A DNA stretch of 61,961 bases, counting the filler, from Basidiobolus ranarum (lineage: Eukaryota), in NCBI GenBank assembly GCA_040143965.1. It is 5 parts of 5 records of this genome, joined end to end, with 100 filler letters (N's around TTAATTAATTAA, not from the genome) between each part and the next. Parts side by side here need not be neighbours in the genome. Positions count along the whole stretch, not along the records: positions 1 to 12,359 come from JASJQH010007426.1; positions 12,460 to 24,787 come from JASJQH010007427.1; 3 more parts are not named here. One strand, written 5' to 3'. The stretch's first letter is position 1. Each line of letters starts with the position of its first letter. Shown here piece by piece: positions 1-13,168 of this stretch. The notes beneath the pieces were generated by a model. The model searched no databases. It had not been told where the DNA came from and saw only the letters and a list, made by a program, of their open reading frames with translations. A program made the translations under genes and the position numbers.

Positions 1-138
1 AGTGTGGTATTTGGATAGTAGTAATGAGTATGCCTGCTAGAGTAAACCCCATTGATTTGACAAAATCTACAGCATGATAGTGCATTGTGCCCACAAAAAC
101 CTCCAAGTTTACTGATGGCAGGAGTGTCACCAATACAT
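1..138 (-). mobile_element. CACTA/EnSpm-like transposase fragment at contig end
   Basis: Minus strand translates CIGDTPAISKLGGFCGHNALSCCRFCQINGVYSSRHTHYYYPNTT. This is nearly identical to the transposase remnant at about 25533-25670 and carries the DxPA..K..GF..H...CxxC motif. Confidence 0.75.
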
Positions 139-1062
139 ACATCCTGAGCATCACGGTACATGGGAATTTTATTTCCTAAGCAGTCGGCCACAGTCTCAAA
201 TGTGTAGTTCTTCCCACGGATCATATCTATAATACGACCAGCCATGTTTACACTAAACTCCTCAATATCATGCTGCAGGGAGATGAAGTTGCTGGCGGGT
301 GTACCACGTTCTATCTCTTGCTCTATATTGGTGTACACTAGCTCGTAGTTTGCCGGATTACCATGGTAACGCCAATCTTATGATTTGAAGATATTAGTGA
401 AACTGATTGAGGCGAGGAATATTGAGTATTCAGGAAAGCGTTACCATTTGAATCAACATTCCAATTAACAATAGTATAATTCATCTGCTGCAAGACTGAG
501 CGCGTGCTTTCATTGCACTCACCATAGGGTGGTCTATACTCATGGATTATGTTAGCTTAGGATGATTCACTGATAAGTTGGCGTAGATCTGTACCTCATG
601 TAGTTGGGAGTGACTCCAAGGACGTTGTGTACGCTTTGTTCGACCTGAGACATCTCGTCTCTGATTTGACTTTCCGTTAATGTATTGAGATGCGGATGCG
701 TGTTTGTATGTACAGCTATTTGATGACCATCGTCGTATGCTTGCTTGAGAAATCCAGAAAGTGATGGATCATTTACATTAGTTCCAAGAACAAAGAAAGT
801 CACCGCTACTTGCTTTTCTTTCAATGTTTTCAAAAGAGTAGGAGTGTAAATACTTGGGCCTAAAGAGGATTAAAATATTAGTTGGTTGTGATCACATTGA
901 CTCCATTCATAATCATAAATTACCATCATCAAATGTTAGTGCAAAAACCCCGGGTTTATCACAGGTAAGAACTATTCCTTCACCAATATCTTGGCCTCGT
1001 ACGCAGCCAACCATGAATAACACAAGAGCAGCGAGAACTAGCACAAACCTAGCCATAGTCAT
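139..1062 (-). CDS. Secreted chitin/polysaccharide deacetylase (CE4, NodB domain), 3 introns, 3' end runs into transposon sequence
   Basis: Signal peptide MTMARFVLVLAALVLFMVGCVRG. Spliced exons give the CE4 motifs TFDDGP, HTNTHP, RPPYG, DSNDW, LQHD and TVADCLG. Confidence 0.92.
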
Positions 1063-4000
1063 TTTAATAAACTGAATGGGAAGGTGATTAATATGTTAAA
1101 GTAGATGAATGTGAGTAGTCATCTATTTATTCAACTCACCTCAACGGAGATCTTCACTAATTGCCAGCACATCATCCCAATCTATATGCAGGAGGATAAG
1201 ATTCTGTAAGTAACGCGCGAAGAAAGATCGATCTTAATGATTAAAATCTAGGTACCAATTAGCCTTGGAATGCCACTGTTGCACGCAGCTAACTTGATCA
1301 ACATTGAGGATAGTGCACATGGCTGTCGACTCTCCAAATCTTTCTTCTACTATTGGACTTGAGAGTGTTTCAAGGGAGCGTTCTTGTCAACTGGCAAGAA
1401 ATTACTTGCACCTCATGTTTACTTTTCTAAAGCTCCTACTTCATAAGACTACCACTATGTGAGACCCCTAGCTCGTAAGATCATGTACTTCTATCGAATA
1501 TCATTTAATGAACCAAAATTACTTACTAAAGTTGTAACCAAGAACTGTAAATCATTTTCATGCTCTACGAGAAAATGATCGGATTGTTTCCCAGTTCAAT
1601 CAATATAGATATTTGCCTTTACCACTTAGTACATTAGCATTTCATTGGGAAATTTTTTTCAACTTATTTGGAAATAATTTCTTTATCCAAGCTCTACACG
1701 GATGAATACTTACTCTAGGTCATTTTCCACTAGTGGTATCTCTAAATCACTACGTGAATAGACGGTGTTGGCTAATAAAATAGCCGATGCACTTTGTCAG
1801 AAGCCATGATAGAATAAGAGGTCCCCTATTTGGCCATGATCCATGTGCTTTGTATAGATGGTATGTTGGCAGTTGGTTGAGCAGGTGGAACGTATATTAA
1901 TTGAAATCTACTTCCTATCAGTCATAAAGGCGCTACTTTCATAAATAAGCCACCGGTTAGTAACGAGAGAATGGGGATAATGGATGACATAATTATAAAC
2001 CATTGATGTGATATGAGTTGGAAGGTATCCAATTCAAAACCAGAATGCACATTAGTTGAACGCTATGGGGATATAGTAGTAAACAAAAAACTGACGTATA
2101 TTAAAACATTAGATTCTTTCTGGTCTAATTTGGTAGTGGTAGGTCTACCGGTAATATAATTTTTTGCCTAAAGCCAGACTTTTGTACAGGTTTCAGCGAA
2201 AATGATTGATTTCCTTGAAGACAATGATCGTGCCTATTTGGTCATTTTATTAAGGGCATTGGAGAGTTAAAAGTAATGGAACCAGCAATCTGGAGTATAT
2301 TGTTATGTTTCCTCATGGTGCGATCCTTTTGAGATAGCTTCATGATTCAGTGGCATTTGGATAATCCACTTGTGATGACATATTGGATGCAACTCCATTG
2401 TACATACTGCACCAAAGATATTGGTATATAGGAAGCCACCAATGTAGATATTCATTAGAAGCACCAATTATTTTATGCCTTACTTCTTTATACATTAATT
2501 CTACCACTTTGTGATTAAACGCTATTTATGACAAATGTACCTTTAAGCAGATTCTTTGGTATGCATAGTGAGAGCACTCTAAATGAAAAATTATGCATTC
2601 CACATTTTCATTGGAAATCACTACCACAACTAATTTATCATGTTCAAAACTCAAGTAGTATAGGCGCTCTGTCTGATTTCTACACATATTAAACATAGAC
2701 AAGATCCATTAGGGACTGGGACAAGACCAGCACAGTGAAAGCTAAAACTGCTCATAATACTTTTTCAAAGAAACATTATCAACTTACAAAAGCCCCTCTG
2801 TACCCAATATCCCTACTTAAAATTAGAGCGATAAACCGAGTAAAACATATAAAAGTTATTAGAATTTGAGATTAGTTTACTTTTTATGAAATGAAATCCT
2901 ATACTACTAATAATTCCATTTTAAAATCCACTCGAAACAGTTAAATAATTGCAGATTTTTGACTACCAAAATTTCCTCATGAATCAAACCATCGTGTAAA
3001 GTGAAAAAATCCAATATATCCTCAACGAATAAAGCCTTGGTATAAACATGGTCACTTAATTCGTTGAAATACTCACCAGTCTCGTCATACCTTAATTCTC
3101 TACATTGATGAAATGGCCACATCGTATCATGAGGAATCATCTTCATTGGCTCGGTTAAAAGTAGGTTAATTAGGAGTCAAAGGAGAAGATCTGGTGCGAT
3201 CCACCAATCCACTCAGATGAGTTTTCTCAAAATCCTGATCTTCGTAACCAAGACTGGGACTGGGAGGGACATGTATTTATACATTTATATTAGTCTACCC
3301 ACTCATCCTCGAAATGAATCAAGATTACTTTAATACAATAGAGAATCTGGCCTCTTGAGATGCATTGTGGAAACGATGTTCGAAACTCGATCAATGAAAT
3401 GGCCAAGATGATTTCTATCTTAACGCCATATTCGCCACAGATGAGTAGGGTGAATATTGTTAGATACAACGTCACTACCACCTTGTTATTTGACCAATCA
3501 ATCGATCTTATTCTGGAATCCCTTGGTTGGAGCATGGTTCAGATTGGCCTTTCTTTGCTTAGAAAATTTCATTTCGGATCATCTTTGCCACACCTTGCAA
3601 TTCCCTGGAAAAACTGTACCGGAATGTTCAAGTGGGTCATTCTATAATGAATAACTTCAAGTGGAATACCAAATAGAACGATATCATATCCGTGATAGAC
3701 GTTTCTATCTTCGAAAAAGAATAACTCATTGATACACTACATTCATTACAGAAAATGGGAAAAGTTCATTGAACTTGTATCAATCAAGTTTCTAAGGTAA
3801 AATCGGTCTTTTACCAGCCAGAAGGGAGCTCGTTCAACCTTCCCTATTCACTCACTTTCCGGTTACCATCACACTGGGATCATGTAGTTCTCTATGTGAA
3901 GCCTTCATGTCGCCACTTCCTTAGGTGACTCTTACTTCCGTAACATTCACTTAAAAGATACTCTAGCCTACCTACTAGGATCCCACGCGATCCAATGTCA

Positions 4001-4472
4001 GTTGAGAGTGATATGATGTATAGGATCCACATACATTTACTGAGAGTGAAAATAATAAGTGATGAAAAAGTCGGGCCATAACTCGAACAACAGAATAATT
4101 GAATGAAAAAAATTGGTGAGCAAAGTCTAAACATCGAAAAATTCGGTAATGTAGATTAGAAGAGTTGTTTACTTTGAGTAGGAAACTATGGGGAGATCCA
4201 CTTCTTGTAGAATGAATGAAAAATGAAAGGGAATTTTCAAGTATAAAGAGAAACAATAAAGGTGTGGCGGGTAGGGATAAGAGAAGGGTAGGCTGGGTGA
4301 CGTAGGTTAAAGAATCCACACAGCTTAGTAAATCCTTCCTACGTGATCATGACTTGTATGATAGACTCTGTAAAGGAATGGTTGGTCAAAAAAATTGGAA
4401 ATTTGCCATTACTATACTGTAAGAACTTCACCTTACCGTCCAAAGCGCAACTTACAATATCTCAATTTCCTT

Positions 4473-5399
<927 letters not shown>

Positions 5400-8300
5400 T
5401 TAATTTTGGGAAACAAAGATTTTATGCGGTTATGAAAAAGGGATATTGGTTTCTATTAAAAATGAAATAGAGGTGCTTTAGAAAGGCTCTGGTGTGAGCT
5501 GAAAACTCAAAGAAAGAAAAGAATGAGGAAATTCAAAGCAGTGAAAAAGTAGTGAAAGTTAGGAGACAAAGAGCTTTAAGCGAGAGCCACTTATTCCTTG
5601 ATATGGACAGATAAAAGGAGACTTGATAAATGTTATGATCTGAATCATAAGATTGCCTCAAAGTTGAAGCAAGATTTAGCTCTATTACTAATTAATATAT
5701 TCGATAAACCATTGTATAACAAAGCCAGTTAATTTGTTGGAAAATCAATTTGTGTGATTCATTGTTGAGAAACATAGGACAATTGAAATTTCACCTATTC
5801 GAGGGAGAGATATTATCCTATTTCCTACTTGCATCGTAGTCTAAGGCGTTTCACACATAAACTACGGTGAAGATTGACTCATGCGTGGGCATATGATAGG
5901 ATTTGGTGATATGGCTGGAGCGGTCGAGAATCGCGACTGGCAAAGAGGTACGCTAGAGCTCCTATTTTACTGATTAATGCGAAGCTCAGTAATGTTTTTT
6001 GCTTTGATTCCAGGGGGGTGATGCACGTTACACATAGACACATACTAAATGAATCTACTCTTCAATAGAATTGGAAACTCGATGGTTTCTGCTCTCTCAT
6101 TTGCCCAGAAACTAGAGTTTGGAAGGATTGCTGATTATTAAATCATTTGCGACAATCAAACGCTCACTCACTCACTCACTATCACATGCATAGACACGAG
6201 CTAACGTTGGGAGGGAAACCGGTTTTGAGGTTAGAATGCGAACATGCAGCATACACACACCAGCCGGATGTGCTTCATAACATGCCACAGCATTATGAAT
6301 CGTTAGAGAAGCCAGCCAATGAGGCCAGAGTTACGGACGATTTTATGCAAGGCCCAAGGAGATGAGCGAGTCATGTGCTCTGAAGTGCCCGTTCATTGGC
6401 TCTCGAGCATCCCAGTGCAAAGACGTGGTACATCCATGACAGATGCGATATCAGGAATGGTTTGGGCAGTGTGTGGGTGTGAAAGCCAGATTTAGTAACC
6501 AAGTATAATCAAGGTTAGTCTGTTCAACAGTTACCATGTTCTTCATGGACAGCCAATTGGCGAAGGAGATGAGGAGGTGAGCTGGATTGGAGACTAAACT
6601 GGATTAAATTGGTGTTTGCAGATCCAGTACAGATTGCTCGTGCATAAGTGCCGATTGAATGCCCAAGACGAATGATTTGGAATCTGGATAGTTTCACGCA
6701 CATCGTCTATGGATAGAAGAACACAAAGCAGAGATCTCGCTATTTCCGGAATTTGCCGGTCTAGGAGTGCGTCTCTCGCTGGTTAGAACCAAACAGGCCG
6801 ACCAGTCTCGAAGTTATTCGAGTACGCCTTACTTGGAGGCTAACAGACATGCCTCCCCAATTATGGGATCTTGGGATTATTATGTGATGCCATAGGTGTG
6901 CTGTTTCCTTTGCTACTTTGGTTTGAGACCTGGTTTTAAGGTGTGGAAGTTAATTTGAACTATCCAAGGAACTGTCCTACGTGGTACTGTCTTAACTCCG
7001 GGCAATGCACACAAGAAATATCTCGTGTGATGTTTCACACGAGCATTCCCATCCAATTCGTGCATGGACATCACAGTTCCCAAGAAAACGAGGTTAACAA
7101 GTTTAAAGAAGATTTACCTCTTTTGCGAGAGACACATCGAATGGCTGGTCATAAACAATCAAAGCTCCGAGTTCTAGTGTGCTATGCATTGTATTATATT
7201 ATATTGTTCAAGTCATAAATAAAACTCGATTTATAATGGCGATATATATTCTAGATAATTAATATGACCAATCGTATGAATTTAAAAAATCTCGGATTCT
7301 AAGGCCAAATATAGACGCCTGTGCATCGGCATCATTATTCTTTACCGCCGGCCATTTGACAGGTTTTGGCTTTATATCAATAAGCGCTGGATAAGATATG
7401 TATGTTGTTTGGCGCCGTTTGAAAGTTTTACATCAATAAAAAGGATCCACGCATCTCTCAGGGATCATACAGCAGCTTGACTCGTTAGAAATTTACTCAC
7501 ACATTATAACGTTGTACATCAAATAAGGCTTCAGCGTTTTGCATCAATACATACTTTTATTTGTTGGTACCACAACTTGAATCAGTGCTTGGATGGTTTG
7601 GAAGGTATTTGAATAGTGAAGTTTTCAATGTCTAATCGTGGAGTTCACATTAGAGAAAGTGTATTGAATCTTCAAGGCAAGAATATCAGTATATCTCCAC
7701 TTGTTAGAATAACACGTTTAGTCGTGATTTTTGTAGTTACTACATGCACGACTCTCAGAACGTTAACGGGCACTACTGAAAGTCGCATAGGACTGAGGGA
7801 TCATTGACGTATTGGTTCATATTTACTAGTCTCATGGCCACTGGATGGAGAATATACGAAGTAATCAAGTTCTTACATATTCGTTAGGTGGGTTTGTGCA
7901 ATCAAATATATCACTCAAGTAGATCTATTGCTATATATATAAGCAACGATAATTCCAAAGATTTTTCTGGATTTGTATATCCTAACGTACAGTATATATT
8001 TCTAATACACTTAGCTTAATCTATATATATATCCGAGATCGTTCCTATTAGATAATCTCGCAGCGTAACCATAGTACTTCAATTGGTAACTTCATACACG
8101 CGAGATAGCAAGAGTTGGAGCATTTAGAGGCAATGATACTATGATTTCCCGATATAACATGTTACCACTTATGTTGGGAAGCAAAGTCAGTTGGATTACA
8201 TTAAACATATGGCAAATAGAATCATGTCTAGATGCTAATATCCTGACTACAGGGTGCATATTCTGGGCAACATACACTGAGCAAGTTAGTGAGGAGAGGG

Positions 8301-8463
8301 TCTATTTGTTGGAATTCTTGACCATTTTAAAGAGTTCTTCACCTATTCAGCTCTAGGAATGCTGACATGTCTTAGATTATAGAAGCCACTGTAAACACAT
8401 CAAATGGCACAAAGCCTCTCATATCAAACGTTGAAGAAACAGAATAAGTTCCATGCCTCCTTT

Positions 8464-8495
8464 TGTTGAAGTATTTTGGGAGTTTGTTGTTTCAG
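8464..8495 (-). repeat. 3' end fragment of the LTR family seen at 22930 and 28456
   Basis: Reverse complement AACAACAAACTCCCAAAATACTTCAACA matches the LTR terminus CCAACAAACTCCAAAATGCTTCAAC near 23192-23216. Confidence 0.5.
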
Positions 8496-9029
8496 ACTAT
8501 GCTTTGAATGGTGATTACTTCATACCAATTTCTTCATGTTTACTCTTTGGTATTAGTATATCAACTTTCTTATTAAATCGAATTAAAATGATACGAGCTA
8601 CAACATTTTTTTTCCATCTTAGCTTAACGGGTGGTGTATGTAGGGTAATGTATTCTAAGCTTGATGCAACCGATTTGCCACTGTCAATTATCATCAGTAT
8701 TAATCTATTTTACTCTGATATATACAGCTGGGGTCTGATAGCCCCTGGTTTGATGAAAGAGGTCTATTGAAATTGATCCATCCTCTTATTGATGATAAAA
8801 TACTCATGTTTCGAGCTCATTAACCTGCTGTTAGGATATCCTGACTATAATCGTATCAATAGTATATGTGTATTTGGATATTAGATGTTTGGCTGGTGAT
8901 AGTAGCATTGGTGAAAATTCTATTATGGACCTGATGTAGAAGAAACAAACAAAAAATTGGTAATAAATGATGTAATGATTTTTGAGTAAGTCAACCATAT
9001 ACTAGTGAATTGTAGAATATCCAAAGCAT

Positions 9030-9308
9030 AGGTTAACTCATTTTAAAGTGGTTGAATCCTATGCAAATTGAAGAATTGGTTTTCACTCAATGATTTATTT
9101 GAGTGTAAGTTGACATTTGTACTTCTGTCAAGAAGCAACGAGTAGAATATATTTAGGAAAGTCTCAGGAACTTATGTACAAAGCTTGGGGTCTCTCGCTT
9201 AGTTTGAATTCTAAGTATCTCTAAATGGCAAATTAGGAAACAGTCAATGTTTTTACTAGAACAACATATATAGCTGGCACTATGAAATGTATTCAGTCTA
9301 TTTCAAGC
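9030..9308 (-). repeat. Degenerate LTR copy (boundaries approximate)
   Basis: Reverse complement contains AAATGTCAACTTACACTCAAATAAATCATTGAGTGAAAACCA, matching the conserved LTR block at about 23128-23170 and 28709-28750. Confidence 0.5.
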
Positions 9309-11947
9309 GAATATCTGGAGTCTGGGATATTGTGTAAAGTTTTTATATTATATTATATAGAAAAGTTCAATACCCTATAGCATAGGCTTTGTAAAGCGAT
9401 GATATTGGGAAGAGTTTATTGCTGCTCCGGTAACCATGATAGGCTCGGATGAGGACTAATGGCAATTGCTGATCAATTATCTAGCAAATAATGGACGTGG
9501 TGGATACAGAAGGTAGATGCTTCCACAGATGTAGATATCAGTAAGTGCGAGGGACATGCTTAATGCCCTCTGCCGAATGTACAGCTGAATCCAAATAGCG
9601 AGGATATGAATCCAAAGCTTCATAATAGGATTAGAAAAATGGCTAAAAAATGTTAGGGATCTCTCAAATTAATAATATATAATAGATTATCTAGATGAAT
9701 TAATACCAGTACAATACTAGCTTGCAATACATATAAATCGCCCAAGGCCAGTAAAGCTTAGAGGCCTTCTGAGCCAAGGTGAGAAAGACAGCTACCTAGG
9801 CTAATGGGGAGGCAATCAGATACATTCTCGGTTGAGTAAATCGCTACAGAAATAGCTAGTGATCATGTTATAGACATAACTCTTGACTTGAATGCCAGCA
9901 ATATTGATTTAGATCCTATGGACATCCAATGCATATCCTCCTAATACAATAGATGCAGGGTAATAAACAAACTTGTCTTCATATGCACCAGTAAGAGCTG
10001 TAGCCAGACACAGGGAAACTCACAAAGTAGCCAATATATAAGATGTTTAGTAAGTATAGTATTATATTCGCGAATGGATGAGTGTCCAATGTCTAGGTAA
10101 GAGCGAAAAATGTTTGACATGCATATTGTAGTAACCTAAAAGGAAATAATATCAATACAAATACCTGCATCCACGATCTAATTCTAAACATACAACAACC
10201 CTTGATCGAACGGAAGTGTACATCAAAAAAGCCGATTCAAATTCCCTAATCGAAGCACATATTTGCCGGTTAGATCATGTTATATCCACACACAAATTAC
10301 AACCACCCACATACAGGCCCTTCTTAGAAACTCTCGAATTCCTTACAGAAGCAATCCACCGCTGGTTCCATGAGTTGAGCAGCTCATCTACTTTGCAATA
10401 TATCGCTAGACAACCCAATACATCTATACCATATGAAATGGATCAGCGGTTCAAGTATACTATAGATCAGCTACACAAACTTCCGCAAAAGAAATGCCAA
10501 TGCAGACTTTCAAACACCCCTCCGCTCACGCAAAGCCTTTCTTTGATTTGATGTTTTGTGGTCACAGCATGATGTGGAGTACTAGACTATCAGTTGAAGT
10601 TTCATCTTTGTCCAGTCACTATGCTGTAAAATCAAGGGTGAATAGTAGTGTACGATGCATTTATACCAATTAGGAAATGCCATTATAGGGAATCCTCCTG
10701 GTCTACCCCCATAAACTGTAAGTTTGGTCCGTGAATAGTGGTTGTCGATTTCCGATATCGGACTATCTGGATAGTTCACCTTCTGCAGCTTTGAGAAAGA
10801 GTGTTGTTATTTAGTTAAGATGAATAGTAGCCATACGGAGGTCATGTACCCTGCAAGTAGCCCAGCATTCAACGGAGGGTTCTGTGATAATAACCGTTAA
10901 ATTCGAACTGAATTTGAGGACAATATCCATATCGCTAATAGCCACTTCAAGTCATCCTCTCCATTCTGGTTAGACCAGTATCTCCGCCGCTCAAATTGGA
11001 ATCTCTATCTCAGTTTCAAATGAGCACTCCATTATCGAGTTGTAACATGGCCCGGATGAATAGAAAAGTCCTCCTTTGGGCTTTTTAAACCAGTTTTGGT
11101 CCGACTAAAACTGTCTCCTCCATAAGAAACCTCAGGTCATATAGGGAAATGTTCCACACCAGCGGATCTCTACAACCTAAGCTGCAGCTACCGATAGCTC
11201 AGGGCTATTCATCATTAGTGTATTACAGGAAGCCGTGGAGATCACTTGAACAACCATTTACCAATTTGATGCTGTTAGCAGACAAATTAGTGCATGGACT
11301 TGGATGGTTGGAGCATCGAACTTGCATTGGTCTGAGCCAAATACCCAATTACAATAGGAAATATGAAACCAACTAGGCTGAGGCGGATTCAAACTACTCA
11401 ATGCCATTTGATTTAATTCGTTTAACAACGGCAGCAACTAAGGTTCGGTGCAATTTGTTTGTAACTAGAGGTGCACGCCCACTTGGTATAGGGGAAATCA
11501 ATCACCAATGGAGGGGAGATACATTCCTATCTCGCCACAACTACTTGCATCGTTCCTATTCTGCAAAAGATTGGCTCATCCGATCTATATCATGAAACCG
11601 TCAATATCTGCACTGAAGCTACACATCGAGCGAACTAATTTTTTTGTCTGAAATACAGTGATTCTGCTCACAGGAAACAGTGCAACAGCCTGCTTGCACA
11701 GTCTCTATTATTGAAAAATACTTGATGGAAATGACCAGTACGGATTGCATCATTGGATTAAAACCGGAACCCACTAATACAGGTCAAACCCATGATCTCC
11801 ACCTTAAATGGCTTATCATGCACCTTGAAATTGATTACATTTCAGATCAGACTCAGTGCTTCGTATATAAAAGCCAAGCCATCATAGGTGCAGCATAGTT
11901 GAAATCCCTCGCTAAACCACCCTCGTCCTAACTAACACACCAGAAGA

Positions 11948-12359
11948 ATGGGATTTTTAACTAATGAAGCTAATATACATATGGGATGCATCGTTGCAGT
12001 GTTTCTCATTTGGTTTTTAACGTTAATTCCGGTGCGAATGGCACAACATCGTGCCGGCTTTGATAATGCTAATCCACGACAGCAATATTCTAACTTGGTA
12101 AGTACTGCGCTACGCATCCATTCAGTAGAACCTAAACTGACCTTCTGGAATTTTTAGTCAGGTTGGGGTAGCCGCGCTGTAGCGTGCAACAACAACACTT
12201 TTGAAGCGTTTGCATTTTTCGGTATCGCCTCACTCATACATTTGTTTGGCAATCCTAGCTCGACAGCGGGCGTTGTGTTCTGTATCCTATTTGTAGCTGC
12301 TGTCTATATCCCCAAGGAGGGGGCTTATGACGATTCTGTCCATATTGAAAAATATGGGG
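11948..12359 (+). CDS. MAPEG family membrane protein, 3' partial at contig end
   Basis: TM helix then FDNANPRQQYSNL, intron 12098-12157 (GTAAGT..TAG), then SGWGSRAVACNNNTFEAFAFFGIA. This matches the MAPEG R-A-x-x-x-x-x-N-x-x-E signature. Confidence 0.75.
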
Positions 12360-12459
12360 NNNNNNNNNNNNNNNNNNNNNNNNNNNNNNNNNNNNNNNNN
12401 NNNTTAATTAATTAANNNNNNNNNNNNNNNNNNNNNNNNNNNNNNNNNNNNNNNNNNNN
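12360..12459. other. Artificial contig spacer N44-TTAATTAATTAA-N44
   Basis: 100-nt spacer with stop codons in all six frames, repeated identically four times in the window. Confidence 0.98.
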
Positions 12460-12552
12460 TGTCAACTTTCTACTCAATAAATCAATAAGTGAAAACCACC
12501 AATTCCTCTAATTCTCCAAACCACTTCCAACAGGCTCCCAAATACTTTAACA
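12460..12552 (+). repeat. 3' part of a Copia-type LTR at contig start
   Basis: Nearly identical to 28713-28804 (TGTCAACT.TCTACTCAAT...CCACTTCCAACAGGCTCCCAAATACTTTAACA). Confidence 0.85.
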
Positions 12553-13168
12553 CTATGTTGTTGGCACTTCTGAGAATGTGTAAACATTTGATGCCACCAC
12601 ATGATAGAGTTAATGGCCAGAAGAGATAGTACAGTACTGCAATTGGAATAATATATAGTAAACCATTGGATTCTAAAAAATTGAAGCATTCCTGGGAGTG
12701 TTATATTTTGTCATGTTTGAATATATATATATTTACAATATTCACAGAGAACTGAATACCATTTTCTCTAGATGAATTATGAATCAATATACTGGTAGGG
12801 CTCAGATGAAAGTAGTCAATTGGGGAAGACATGAATCACTATCACTCTAATGTAACAGATGTTGATAAGTCCATTAAATTAGCAAAAAAATTGTATGATT
12901 TATTTATTAAGACAAGCTCAAGTATTTGATCCTTTACCGACCTAGGACAAACAATGTGATAGAGTCTATATGTACCAAACACCAGGAAGCACCCGCTTAT
13001 CACATATAGCTCAAGTGCCAAACATTGAATAGTAAAATAGAGGATGCCCATCGAAATAGACATGTTAAAGATAAAGCAATAGGAGAGGGGAAGAAACAGA
13101 AATAATTGAACTTCAGGTTGGAATGATTTCATAAGTCTATTTCAAACCCAAACAACTCAACATGCTTT

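Noticed and set aside
2900-3850. Fragmented ORFs, possibly a decayed gene or non-LTR element
   Set aside because: No motif I can assign with confidence.
6150-7200. Cys/His-spaced fragments reminiscent of a decayed PHD/ePHD finger gene
   Set aside because: Too degenerate and spread across frames; needs a tBLASTn or HMM search.
10200-11400. Coding-like composition with several short ORFs
   Set aside because: Multiple stops in every frame I read and no recognisable family.
12404-12415. TTAATTAATTAA palindrome recurring every ~12.4 kb
   Set aside because: Always centred in 88 Ns. It is an artificial six-frame-stop linker, not a biological repeat.
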